The notes beneath the pieces are model-generated. The model saw nothing but the letters and a program-made list of their open reading frames with translations, had not been told where the DNA came from and ran no database searches. A program made the position numbers and the translations under genes. This document shows, piece by piece, positions 25,132 through 32,000 of a DNA stretch of 32,000 nucleotides (the stretch's first letter is position 1; every line of letters begins with the position of its first letter). Origin of the DNA: Mucisphaera calidilacus (GTDB taxonomy: Bacteria; Planctomycetota; Phycisphaerae; Phycisphaerales; Phycisphaeraceae); assembly GCF_007748075.1 (NCBI RefSeq), contig NZ_CP036280.1:3300001-3332000 (forward strand), given 5' to 3'.

Positions 25132-25159
25132 GGCGGCGTTGATCTGACGGGAGAAAGCG

Positions 25160-26008
25160 ATGAAGCGAGTGATGCTTGGTGCGTGGATGTCGTGTGCGCT
25201 GGGCGTGATGAGCCTGGGCGGCTGCGCGGTGTTCGGGGGTGGTGCTGCCGAGCCGGAGGTCTCGCGGTCGCACCTGCCGGTGATCGGGTTGTCGACGGCG
25301 GCGGTGTTTGTGGAGTATGGCAGCGACTGGACGGACCACCGCTGGCAGAGCGGGATTGATCAGGCGATCTGGAAGCTGGTCCAGCCGGTTGGCCGGGTGG
25401 ATGACGCGGTGGCGGAGCCGGGCGGCACAGCGTTTCGGGCGCGTGCCCGGTCAAAGGATGAGGGTTTTGCTGCCGGGCACAACGCGGGCGTGATTGCCGG
25501 AGCGACCTCGGCGCGGGTGCCCTCGTCGGGTTACGCGTTGGCGGATCGCTCGTCGACAATGAGTTATGCCGATACAACGCGGAGCCGTGTGTCGGGCGAG
25601 GTGATCGGTCACGTGACGACGTCGTATGCGGCGCGTCAGCGGACGGGCACGCGTGTTTATGCTCAGTACAGCGAGTCGAGTGCGGTGTCTTCGGGTCGCG
25701 AGCAGCGATCGGTTCGTCCGGTGCTGGAGGTGTCGGTCGAGGCGTTGCCCGAGTACGTGATCCCGGGTGATCTGGCTGAGCTCGAGGTGACGGTGCGCAA
25801 TCTCTCGGAGGTTCTGGCGACGGGTGCCGCGTTGCACCTGCAGCTGCCGGCGGGTGCGCGGGTGCGTGACATCGACGGCGCGAAGCTGGTCAACGAGGAT
25901 GCCGAGGGCGTGTTGTTGTCGGTGGGCAAGGTGAAGCCGGAGGCGGCGCTGCGTGTGGCTTTGAGCGTGGAGGTCGGCTTGCCGATTTCGGTGGCGATGG
26001 CGGATTGA
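25160..26008 (+). CDS. Putative lipoprotein with C-terminal DUF11/CARDB-like beta-sandwich segment
   Basis: MKRVMLGAWMSCALGVMSLGGCAVFGG has lipobox LGGC, with GGGAGAAAG upstream. The C-terminal LEVSVEALPEYVIPGDLAELEVTVRNLSEVLATGAALHLQLPAGARV resembles DUF11-type repeat domains (by eye). Confidence 0.55.
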   Translation: MKRVMLGAWMSCALGVMSLGGCAVFGGGAAEPEVSRSHLPVIGLSTAAVFVEYGSDWTDHRWQSGIDQAIWKLVQPVGRVDDAVAEPGGTAFRARARSKDEGFAAGHNAGVIAGATSARVPSSGYALADRSSTMSYADTTRSRVSGEVIGHVTTSYAARQRTGTRVYAQYSESSAVSSGREQRSVRPVLEVSVEALPEYVIPGDLAELEVTVRNLSEVLATGAALHLQLPAGARVRDIDGAKLVNEDAEGVLLSVGKVKPEAALRVALSVEVGLPISVAMAD

Positions 26009-26950
26009 TCAGTCGGCGGTCATGACGCGCAGGGTTTGAGCTTCGACGGTTTCGTCGCGGTCGACGTTGAGGACGGCGCCGTTGGGTGCCTTGATGCTGA
26101 GGCTGTAGGCCTGCTGCTGGGCGGTGTGTCGTGCCGTGACCTCGTTGCGGTCGAGGTCGATGAAGATCTCGGAGTTGTAGCTGGTCTTGCCGGGTTTGAA
26201 GGTGGGTTTGGGGGCGTTGGGCGGGATGTTGCCGTAGTCGGGTGGCAGGAGGACGGGACTGGCTTCGGCGGAGATGACGGCGACGGGAACGTCCTCGATG
26301 GTGGTGACGTCGCTGAGCGTGTAGGTGACGGGGATCTCGATCTGGTTGTCTTCGAAGGCGTAGCCGAGGAGATCCTGTTTCCAGGTGCTGTTGATCTTGA
26401 GGGATTCTGGGAGCTCGCCGGGCTGGGTCATGCCGGCGATGTTGTAGAGGGCTTCTTTTTCGGCGCGTTCGGCCCCGACCATATCGACGCGGAGTTTGAG
26501 CTTGTCGGTGCCGGCGACCTTGGCGATGGTGCCGTCGGGCTTGATGGTGTAGACGAGGGGGTTGTCGACGACTTCCTTGAGGAGTTTGTGGAACTCGGCG
26601 TGTTCGCCGGGGCCTTTGCGTGTGTCGACCTTGAGGGTCTGGCTCTGTCCGTTGGCGCTGTTGGTGAGGCTGACCTCGAGCCACTTGACGGCAATCTCGC
26701 AGGTCGCTTCGCCTGAGGGCTTGACCTTGTCGACGGTCCAGGCGATCTCGGCGTTGAGTTCGGCGGTTTCGGACTGTTTGGACTCGCGGCCGTTGGGGAA
26801 CCTGACGTGGGTGTTGGTGGTGTAGCGGGTCCACTCTTCGTAGAGGCGTGTCTGTCCCTCGGCGAACTTGGGTCGCAGGTCGACGGCGTCCTGCGCGGCG
26901 GCGGGGGCGATGGCGAGGAGGCAGAGGATTGTGGCGAGGAGGTATTTCAT
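26009..26950 (-). CDS. Secreted protein, unknown function
   Basis: MKYLLATILCLLAIAPAAAQDA is a cleavable signal peptide. The 313-aa product has balanced, beta-rich composition and I recognise no motif. It lies 27 nt downstream of the 26978..27562 gene on the same strand. Confidence 0.55.
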   Translation of the reverse strand: MKYLLATILCLLAIAPAAAQDAVDLRPKFAEGQTRLYEEWTRYTTNTHVRFPNGRESKQSETAELNAEIAWTVDKVKPSGEATCEIAVKWLEVSLTNSANGQSQTLKVDTRKGPGEHAEFHKLLKEVVDNPLVYTIKPDGTIAKVAGTDKLKLRVDMVGAERAEKEALYNIAGMTQPGELPESLKINSTWKQDLLGYAFEDNQIEIPVTYTLSDVTTIEDVPVAVISAEASPVLLPPDYGNIPPNAPKPTFKPGKTSYNSEIFIDLDRNEVTARHTAQQQAYSLSIKAPNGAVLNVDRDETVEAQTLRVMTAD

Positions 26951-26977
26951 GCGTGGATGGTATCCGAGTGGGGTGAT

Positions 26978-27562
26978 TCAGATGGAGCCGGGGCCGGGCG
27001 TGCCGTCGGCGGAGCCGGTCCAGTGCATCTCGATGGCTTTCCAGCCGTCGGGTGTTCTGTGCCAGTGGATGTCCCAGTAGGTTCGTGCGGGTGTCGGCAT
27101 GGTTTCGACGTAGGTGCGGATTTCGGCCTGGGTGGTGGCGGTGTCGGGTGAGGGGAAGGTGGTGGTCTGGGACCAGACGCGGTGGCGGCGGATGCCATAC
27201 TTGTCGGTGATGGACTGCGCCCAGTCGTCGAGTTCGGGTCGCTGGTAGATCACAGTCGGGCCCGGGGCGAGGATCGTGAGGTTGTCGTCGGCGGCGTGGT
27301 TGAATTCGGGGTTGTCGGTATCGGTGGCGAGTTGGAGGAGTTGGTCGAGTCGTGCGTTGACGTGTTCGTGGTCGGTGGTGATGGCGAAGGAGAGGATGAG
27401 CGCGATGAAGGCGATGTCGAGGCAGCCCATGGCGAGGATGATGCCGGCGCGGGTCCGCTGGAGGGCGCGTGCGATCAGGAAGGCGATGGCGGCGAGGGCG
27501 ACGGAGGCGACGACGACCGGCCAGGGTTCTTCGAGGAAGAGGACGCGTAGGGTGTCGATCAT
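26978..27562 (-). CDS. Membrane-anchored protein with NTF2/SnoaL-like C-terminal domain (tentative)
   Basis: Two N-terminal hydrophobic helices (WPVVVASVALAAIAFLIA, GIILAMGCLDIAFIALILSFAI). The C-terminal TYWDIHWHRTPDGWKAIEMHW resembles the terminal strands of NTF2-like folds. GAGAGGAA lies upstream of ATG 27562. Confidence 0.5.
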   Translation of the reverse strand: MIDTLRVLFLEEPWPVVVASVALAAIAFLIARALQRTRAGIILAMGCLDIAFIALILSFAITTDHEHVNARLDQLLQLATDTDNPEFNHAADDNLTILAPGPTVIYQRPELDDWAQSITDKYGIRRHRVWSQTTTFPSPDTATTQAEIRTYVETMPTPARTYWDIHWHRTPDGWKAIEMHWTGSADGTPGPGSI

Positions 27563-27663
27563 GGGTGGTTCCTCTCTGCCTGAACAGGGTACCTGTGGGG
27601 CGGGTGCGGGGTTCGTGGAAGTTGGCGACGGGCGGGGGTTTGGTCCGATATCCCGGTTACGCC

Positions 27664-29577
27664 ATGGCTGAATCGGACACGATCTTCAAGCGGAATCTGT
27701 CTGCGCTGAGACTGCGCAACAGCACCTTTGCGGACCGCCTTGAGACTACAGAACCCGTTGAATTGAATTGGGTTACGTCGAAGAAGGGCCCGTTGTCGGC
27801 ACAGCTGGGGGATGGGTCGGGATCGGCGAGTTGGCTGGCGAGTCGATTCGATCCCGGAGCCGAAGCGAAGCGGCTGGTGGAGAAGGTGGATCGGGACAAG
27901 GCGGGGTGTGTGGTGGTGATGGGTTTCGGTCTGGGGCATCACGTCTCGTCGCTGGTTGAGCAGCTGGGTCCGCGGACGGTGCTGGTGGTTTTCGAGCCGG
28001 ACGTGGGGTTGCTGCGTGCGGTGTTTGAGCGTGTGGATCACTCGGCGACGCTGGCGAACGGGATGGTCTTCATCTTTGACCGTGAGGATGACCGGGCGGG
28101 GCTGACGAGTCGTCTGGAGCGGTTGGGGGGCGTGATGACGCAGGGGACGCAGATCGTGGTGCACCCGGCGTCGCGGTCGCGTCACAAGGACGCGTTCGGG
28201 GCGTTCTCGAAGACGTTTGCGGAGGCGTTGGCCTATTTCCGAACGACGGTGGCGACGGCGCTGGTGAACTCGGCGCGGACGTGCCGGAACCTGGTGAACA
28301 ATCTGGGGCACTACGTGGCGGGTGCGACGGTGGCGGAGTTGCAGGGTGTGGCGAAGGGCTATGCGGCGGTGTGTGTGGCGGCGGGGCCGAGCCTGGTTCG
28401 GAACGTGGACCTGCTGCGTGACCCGGCGGTGCGTTCGAAGCTGGTGATCGTGACGGCTCAGACGGCGTTGCGGCCGTTGCTGGACCGGGGGATCCGTCCT
28501 GACTTCGTGACGGCGTTGGACTATTCGCCGATCTGCACGCGTTTTTATGAGGATCTGCCGGATCTGCCGGACGTGACACTGGTGGTTGAGCCGAAGGCGC
28601 ACCCGCGGATTCTTGAGGTCTATCCGGGTCCGGTGCGTGTGCTCAGCTCGGACTTCAACGACGTGCTCATTGGTGATCTGAAGCGTGAGATCCCGCCGAT
28701 CCGTTCGGGGACGACGGTGGCGCACCTGTCGTTCTACCTGGCGCAGTACCTGGGGTGTGACCCGATTCTGCTGCTGGGGCAGGACCTCGGTTTTTCGGAC
28801 GGCCTGTACTACGCGCCGGGCACGGCGGTGCACAAGGTGTGGTCGTCGGAGCTGTCGCAGTTCAATTCGGTTGAGATGATGGAGTGGCAGCGGATTGTTC
28901 GGATGCGTGGGCATCTCACGCGGACCGAGGACATCCACGGCCGTCCGATGTTCACGGACGAGCAGATGGTGACGTACCTGCGTCAGTTCGAGCGTGATTT
29001 CGCGGATGCCGAGCAGCGTGTGATCGACACGACGGAGGGCGGCCAGGCCAAGGCGAACACGGAGCGGATGGCGCTCGCGGAGGCGGTGGGTCAGATCGAG
29101 ACGGGTGCGGTGCCGGAGCTGCCCCGGGCGTCGCGTGAGCTGGACCCGGAGCGGTTGTCGAAGGTTCGGGGGTTGTTGGAGCAGCGGCTCCGCGACCTGA
29201 CCGAGTTGCGGAAGGTGTCGCACAACACGATCGCGTTGCTGGAGCAGATGCAGGGCTGTCTGGACAATCAGCCGAGGCTGCTGAAGATTTTCGAGAAGCT
29301 TCAGAAGAACGACCGGCGGGTGCACGGCCCGCTTTACGAGACTTTCAGCGCGGTGAACGCGATGAACACGATCGGCGTGTTTCATCGCCAGGCTGCGGAC
29401 CGGCGGATCAGCCAGATCACGGATGATCGTCAGGCGCGGCAGGCGGGTCAGCTCAAGCGTGACGTTGAGAACATCGAGTGGATGCTGCAGGCGTGCGACG
29501 AGGCGGAGTCGATTTTTTCCGAAGCGTTGGAGCGCGTGACGTGTCTGCGTCCGGCGTTGCCGGCGGCAGCGGCGTAG
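27664..29577 (+). CDS. Motility-associated-factor (Maf) family glycosyltransferase, DUF115 / MptE-like domain
   Basis: Preferred ATG is 27664 (MAESDTIFKRNLSALRLRNSTFADRLE, the typical Maf N-terminus). Also GFGLGHHV, LVVFEPD, and the DUF115 core VCVAAGPSL...VIVTAQTALRPLLDRGIRPDFVTALDYSP...GTTVAHLSFYLAQYLGCDPILLLGQDLGF. The upstream 65 codons of the track ORF are Arg-rich junk that overlaps the divergent gene. Confidence 0.8.
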   Translation: MAESDTIFKRNLSALRLRNSTFADRLETTEPVELNWVTSKKGPLSAQLGDGSGSASWLASRFDPGAEAKRLVEKVDRDKAGCVVVMGFGLGHHVSSLVEQLGPRTVLVVFEPDVGLLRAVFERVDHSATLANGMVFIFDREDDRAGLTSRLERLGGVMTQGTQIVVHPASRSRHKDAFGAFSKTFAEALAYFRTTVATALVNSARTCRNLVNNLGHYVAGATVAELQGVAKGYAAVCVAAGPSLVRNVDLLRDPAVRSKLVIVTAQTALRPLLDRGIRPDFVTALDYSPICTRFYEDLPDLPDVTLVVEPKAHPRILEVYPGPVRVLSSDFNDVLIGDLKREIPPIRSGTTVAHLSFYLAQYLGCDPILLLGQDLGFSDGLYYAPGTAVHKVWSSELSQFNSVEMMEWQRIVRMRGHLTRTEDIHGRPMFTDEQMVTYLRQFERDFADAEQRVIDTTEGGQAKANTERMALAEAVGQIETGAVPELPRASRELDPERLSKVRGLLEQRLRDLTELRKVSHNTIALLEQMQGCLDNQPRLLKIFEKLQKNDRRVHGPLYETFSAVNAMNTIGVFHRQAADRRISQITDDRQARQAGQLKRDVENIEWMLQACDEAESIFSEALERVTCLRPALPAAAA

Positions 29578-29587
29578 GAGCGGGCTG

Positions 29588-31258
29588 GTGACACGAGTGT
29601 TCGCTTTGATCCCGACGGATCTGGAGGAGGGGCGGCTGGGTCATGGTCGGTCGCTCGGGGATGACCTTGGCGGGGTATCGGTGCTGGAGCAGACGGTGCG
29701 TCGCGCGCTGCGGACCGAGGGTGTTGAGGGCGTGGTGCTGGTTCATCCCGAGGGTCAGGAGCCGTTGGGGGTGTTGTCGGGCGAGGCGGCGGGGCGTGTG
29801 ACGACGTTTGCAGACGCGGACGGGCTGCGTGACGATCAGACGGCGCGGCTGGTTTCGGCGCGGAAGTGGGCGTTGGGTGCGTGGCGGGGAGGTTTGGGTT
29901 TTGCGACGGCGTTCGACGAGTTGCTGCCACCCGGGGCGTTGCTGCGTGCGGCGGAGTCGGTGGGTGCCGACTCGGCGTTGCTGGTGCGTGGCGACTGGCC
30001 GTTGTTTGATGTGGGTTATGCCGAGGCGTTGATCCGGTCGCACGTGGCGAGCCCGGAGCACCTGAAGGTGACGCTGACGCAGGCGCCACCCGGTCTGGGG
30101 CCGCTGGTGCTGTCGCGTCGCGTGCTGGGTGACATGGCGGAGCACGCGGGCTGGTTCGGCAAGATCCTGGGTTACAACACGTTTGCGCCGTCGATCGACC
30201 CGATCGGTCGCGAGGTGACACACCCGATCGCGTCGTCGGTTCGCGACTGTGCGCGGCGGTTTGTTTATGACACGCCCGAGTCGATCGGGCGTCTTCGTGG
30301 CGTGGCGGAGCGACTGGGAGGCGGCCTGGCGACGGCCGATGCACAGGCGGTGACGGACGCCTGCCGAGCGCTTGAGTCGGGTGACGGCGGTTTCTGGTTC
30401 TCGCGTTTGCCGCAGCAGGTGACGGTTGAGTTGACGCCTCGGCGTCCGGTGTCGGGCCCGATCACGCCTCAGGCGTATGTGGATTTTGATCGTCCGGACA
30501 TGGACGTTGATCTGGCCGAGCGTGTGGTGGGCGAATTGGGTGCGGCGGAACGCGGTGACGTGGCGTTGATGCTGGGGGGTCTGGGTGATGCGCTGCTTCA
30601 TCCGGAATGGGAGCGTGTGGTGCGTGCGGCGGACGAGGCGGGTGTGTTCGGGATCGGCGTGGAGACGGATCTGGCGGGTTCGTGGGAGGAGGTCGCGCCG
30701 CTGCTGGATCTGCCGATTGACCTGGTGGTGGTGCGTTTCAACGCGGATTGTTCGGAGACGTACGAGAGGGTGATGGGTGGTGATTTCACGCGGGTGGCGA
30801 CGAATCTCAAGCGGCTGTTCGAGGAGCGTGGGGCGCGTCGTGCGGCGGACGGTCGGGGGTCGCAGGTGCCGTGGATCGTGCCGCGTCTGGTGAAGACGGC
30901 GGAGACGCTCCGCGACATGGAGAGTTTCTTCGAGCGCTGGTTGCGTGCGTCGGGTTACGCGATTCTGTCGCCTTCGTGTTCGGGTTGCGGCCTGATGCCC
31001 GAGTTGTCGCCCGTGCCGATGGAGCCGCCACGGCGTGTGGCCTGTCAGCAGCTGGGTCGTCGGATGTCGGTGTTGTCGGACGGGCGTGTGGCGTTGTGTG
31101 ATCAGGACTGGCTGGGGCGGGCTTCGCTGGGCGATGCTCGTGCGGATTCGCTGGCGTCGATCTGGGCGCGATGCGCGGAGCCTTTTGCGGCGCACGCGTC
31201 GGGTCGTTACCAGGAGCTGACGATCTGCGGTTCGTGTCGGGAGTGGCACCGGCCATGA
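29588..31258 (+). CDS. Fusion protein: degenerate cytidylyltransferase-like N-domain plus radical-SAM-like barrel lacking the CX3CX2C triad plus SPASM/twitch-like Cys-rich C-terminus
   Basis: GTG start 11 nt after the maf stop. The N-terminus VFALIPTDLEEGRLGHGRSLGDDLGGVSVLEQTV...VEGVVLV parallels the neighbouring CMP-sugar synthetase (VLALILARAGSKGLPGKNELDVAGRPMLAWTV...VERVVLT), but the RxGSKGxxxKN motif is replaced. Residues 277-340 (QVTVELTPRRPVSGPITPQ...LMLGGLGDALLHPEW) look like a radical SAM beta1/GGE region without cysteines. C486-x12-G-x4-C504 matches the first SPASM element, and there are also CSGC (464-467) and CGSC (547-550). Confidence 0.65.
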   Translation: MTRVFALIPTDLEEGRLGHGRSLGDDLGGVSVLEQTVRRALRTEGVEGVVLVHPEGQEPLGVLSGEAAGRVTTFADADGLRDDQTARLVSARKWALGAWRGGLGFATAFDELLPPGALLRAAESVGADSALLVRGDWPLFDVGYAEALIRSHVASPEHLKVTLTQAPPGLGPLVLSRRVLGDMAEHAGWFGKILGYNTFAPSIDPIGREVTHPIASSVRDCARRFVYDTPESIGRLRGVAERLGGGLATADAQAVTDACRALESGDGGFWFSRLPQQVTVELTPRRPVSGPITPQAYVDFDRPDMDVDLAERVVGELGAAERGDVALMLGGLGDALLHPEWERVVRAADEAGVFGIGVETDLAGSWEEVAPLLDLPIDLVVVRFNADCSETYERVMGGDFTRVATNLKRLFEERGARRAADGRGSQVPWIVPRLVKTAETLRDMESFFERWLRASGYAILSPSCSGCGLMPELSPVPMEPPRRVACQQLGRRMSVLSDGRVALCDQDWLGRASLGDARADSLASIWARCAEPFAAHASGRYQELTICGSCREWHRP

Positions 31259-31980
31259 GCGTGAAGGGTGATACGAGCGGCGGTGTGCTGGCGTTGATCC
31301 TGGCGCGTGCGGGGAGCAAGGGTCTGCCGGGCAAGAACGAGCTGGATGTCGCGGGTCGGCCGATGCTGGCGTGGACGGTGGACTGTGCGCGCGAGGCGGC
31401 CTGTGTGGAGCGCGTGGTGTTGACGACGGATGGCGAGCGGCTGGCCGAGATGGGTCGTTCGCTGGGCGTGGAGGTGGTGGAGCGGCCCGGGGCTCTGGCG
31501 GATGACACGGCGACCGTGGACGCGGCGGCGCGGCACGCGGTGACGGTGTTGGAGGCGGGCGGGGCGTCTTATTCGGAGGTGGTGTTGTTGTACGGCAACG
31601 TGCCGGTCCGGCCGAGCGGTCTGGTGGATCGTGCGGTGTCGATGCTGCGCGAGACGGGCTGCGATTCGGTGCAGTCGGTGTGCGGCGTGGGCAAGGCACA
31701 CCCGTACTGGATGAAGACCCTGGATGAGACGGGGCGTATGTCGGCGTACGAGGCGAATCAGGTCTACCGGCGTCAGGACCTGCCTCCGGTTTACCTGCTG
31801 GATGGTGGGTTGATCGCGGTGCGTCGTGCTTCGCTGTTTGTGGAGTGTGCGGGTGAGCCGCACGCGTTTCTCGGCGAGGATCGTCGTGCGGTGGTGACGG
31901 AGCCGGGTGAGGTGATTGATATTGATACCGCGGCGGATCTTGCGGTTGCGGAGGCGGTGTTGCTTTCAAGGGGCGACTGA
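31255..31980 (+). CDS. CMP-nonulosonic acid synthetase (N-acylneuraminate cytidylyltransferase family; NeuA/LegF/PseF-like)
   Basis: LALILARAGSKGLPGKNELDVAGRPMLAWTV contains the RxGSKGxPxKN motif of the CTP_transf_3 family, and later RRQDLPPVYLLDGGLIAVR. The ATG at 31255 overlaps the upstream stop (ATGA). The track start at 31171 is less likely. The sugar specificity cannot be determined. Confidence 0.85.
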   Translation: MSVKGDTSGGVLALILARAGSKGLPGKNELDVAGRPMLAWTVDCAREAACVERVVLTTDGERLAEMGRSLGVEVVERPGALADDTATVDAAARHAVTVLEAGGASYSEVVLLYGNVPVRPSGLVDRAVSMLRETGCDSVQSVCGVGKAHPYWMKTLDETGRMSAYEANQVYRRQDLPPVYLLDGGLIAVRRASLFVECAGEPHAFLGEDRRAVVTEPGEVIDIDTAADLAVAEAVLLSRGD

Positions 31981-32000
31981 TGGCGGGTCAGGAACCGAGA

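Noticed and set aside
27645-27651. CCGATAT upstream of maf, resembling the sigma-28 (FliA) -10 element GCCGATAA
   Set aside because: There is no TAAA-like -35 element at the expected spacing, and it lies only 13 nt from the ATG. A single 7-mer is insufficient to call.
27559-29385. 608-aa minus-strand ORF opposite the maf gene
   Set aside because: Arg/His/Pro/Gln-rich and repetitive in composition, with no recognisable domain, and fully antisense to a gene with clear DUF115 motifs.
29453-31969. 838-aa ORF on the minus strand, the longest in the track
   Set aside because: It lies antisense to three well-supported + strand genes. The product is extreme Pro/Arg/Thr/His low-complexity sequence with no motifs. 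The G/T-rich sense codons make the complementary frame stop-poor, so this is a shadow ORF.
19479-32000. Right half as a horizontally acquired island, as an explanation for the composition change
   Set aside because: G+C content looks similar on both sides in my sampled lines. There is no integrase, transposase, tRNA or direct-repeat boundary. The change is a strand-skew sign flip affecting both coding orientations, and it occurs inside an intact gene. That pattern fits replication-linked bias or an assembly join, not an island.
1-32000. Scan for CRISPR arrays, IS elements, toxin-antitoxin or known defence genes, and rRNA/tRNA
   Set aside because: I saw no regularly spaced direct repeats, no transposase/integrase-like ORFs, and no recognisable defence-system domains by eye. 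Absence cannot be proven without searches.

Overview
High-GC bacterial chromosomal segment (about two-thirds G+C in the lines I counted by hand), densely coding on both strands. I recognised no rRNA, tRNA, CRISPR array, transposase or integrase. The gene content looks like Planctomycetota/PVC, possibly Phycisphaerae-like: a DUF1559 H-X9-DG prepilin-like protein, PEP-CTERM proteins with a PTPAAFGAG...ATRR tail, and many lipoproteins. The left ~19 kb holds a secreted LTD-like protein (partial), two PEP-CTERM proteins, a YhaM-like OB/HD nuclease, a DUF1559 protein, an acyl-CoA synthetase and BamA. It also holds a pdhA-lipoprotein-pdhB-pdhC cluster, a PHP phosphoesterase, a DCC-family protein, a CPBP protease, apt, murA, a small Trm112-like ORF missed by the ORF track, and a radical SAM protein. 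The right ~13 kb holds an ECF sigma factor with a multi-pass membrane partner, a class I DAHP synthase, a C39-like lipoprotein and an M55/DppA aminopeptidase. It continues with four uncharacterised envelope proteins and a translationally coupled glycosylation locus: a Maf/DUF115 glycosyltransferase, a degenerate cytidylyltransferase / radical-SAM-like / SPASM-like fusion, and a CMP-nonulosonate synthetase. Two observations stand out. (1) The + strand switches from C>G to strongly G>C at about 18.7-19.3 kb regardless of gene orientation, inside or next to an intact radical SAM gene and a repeat-bearing AT-richer spacer. This is origin-type polarity with no dnaA in view; a chimeric assembly join is the alternative. 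(2) The Maf locus contains a fusion protein whose radical-SAM-like core lacks the CX3CX2C cysteine triad. Many long ORFs in the supplied track are antisense shadows and were rejected. All family calls come from motif recognition by eye; no searches were run.
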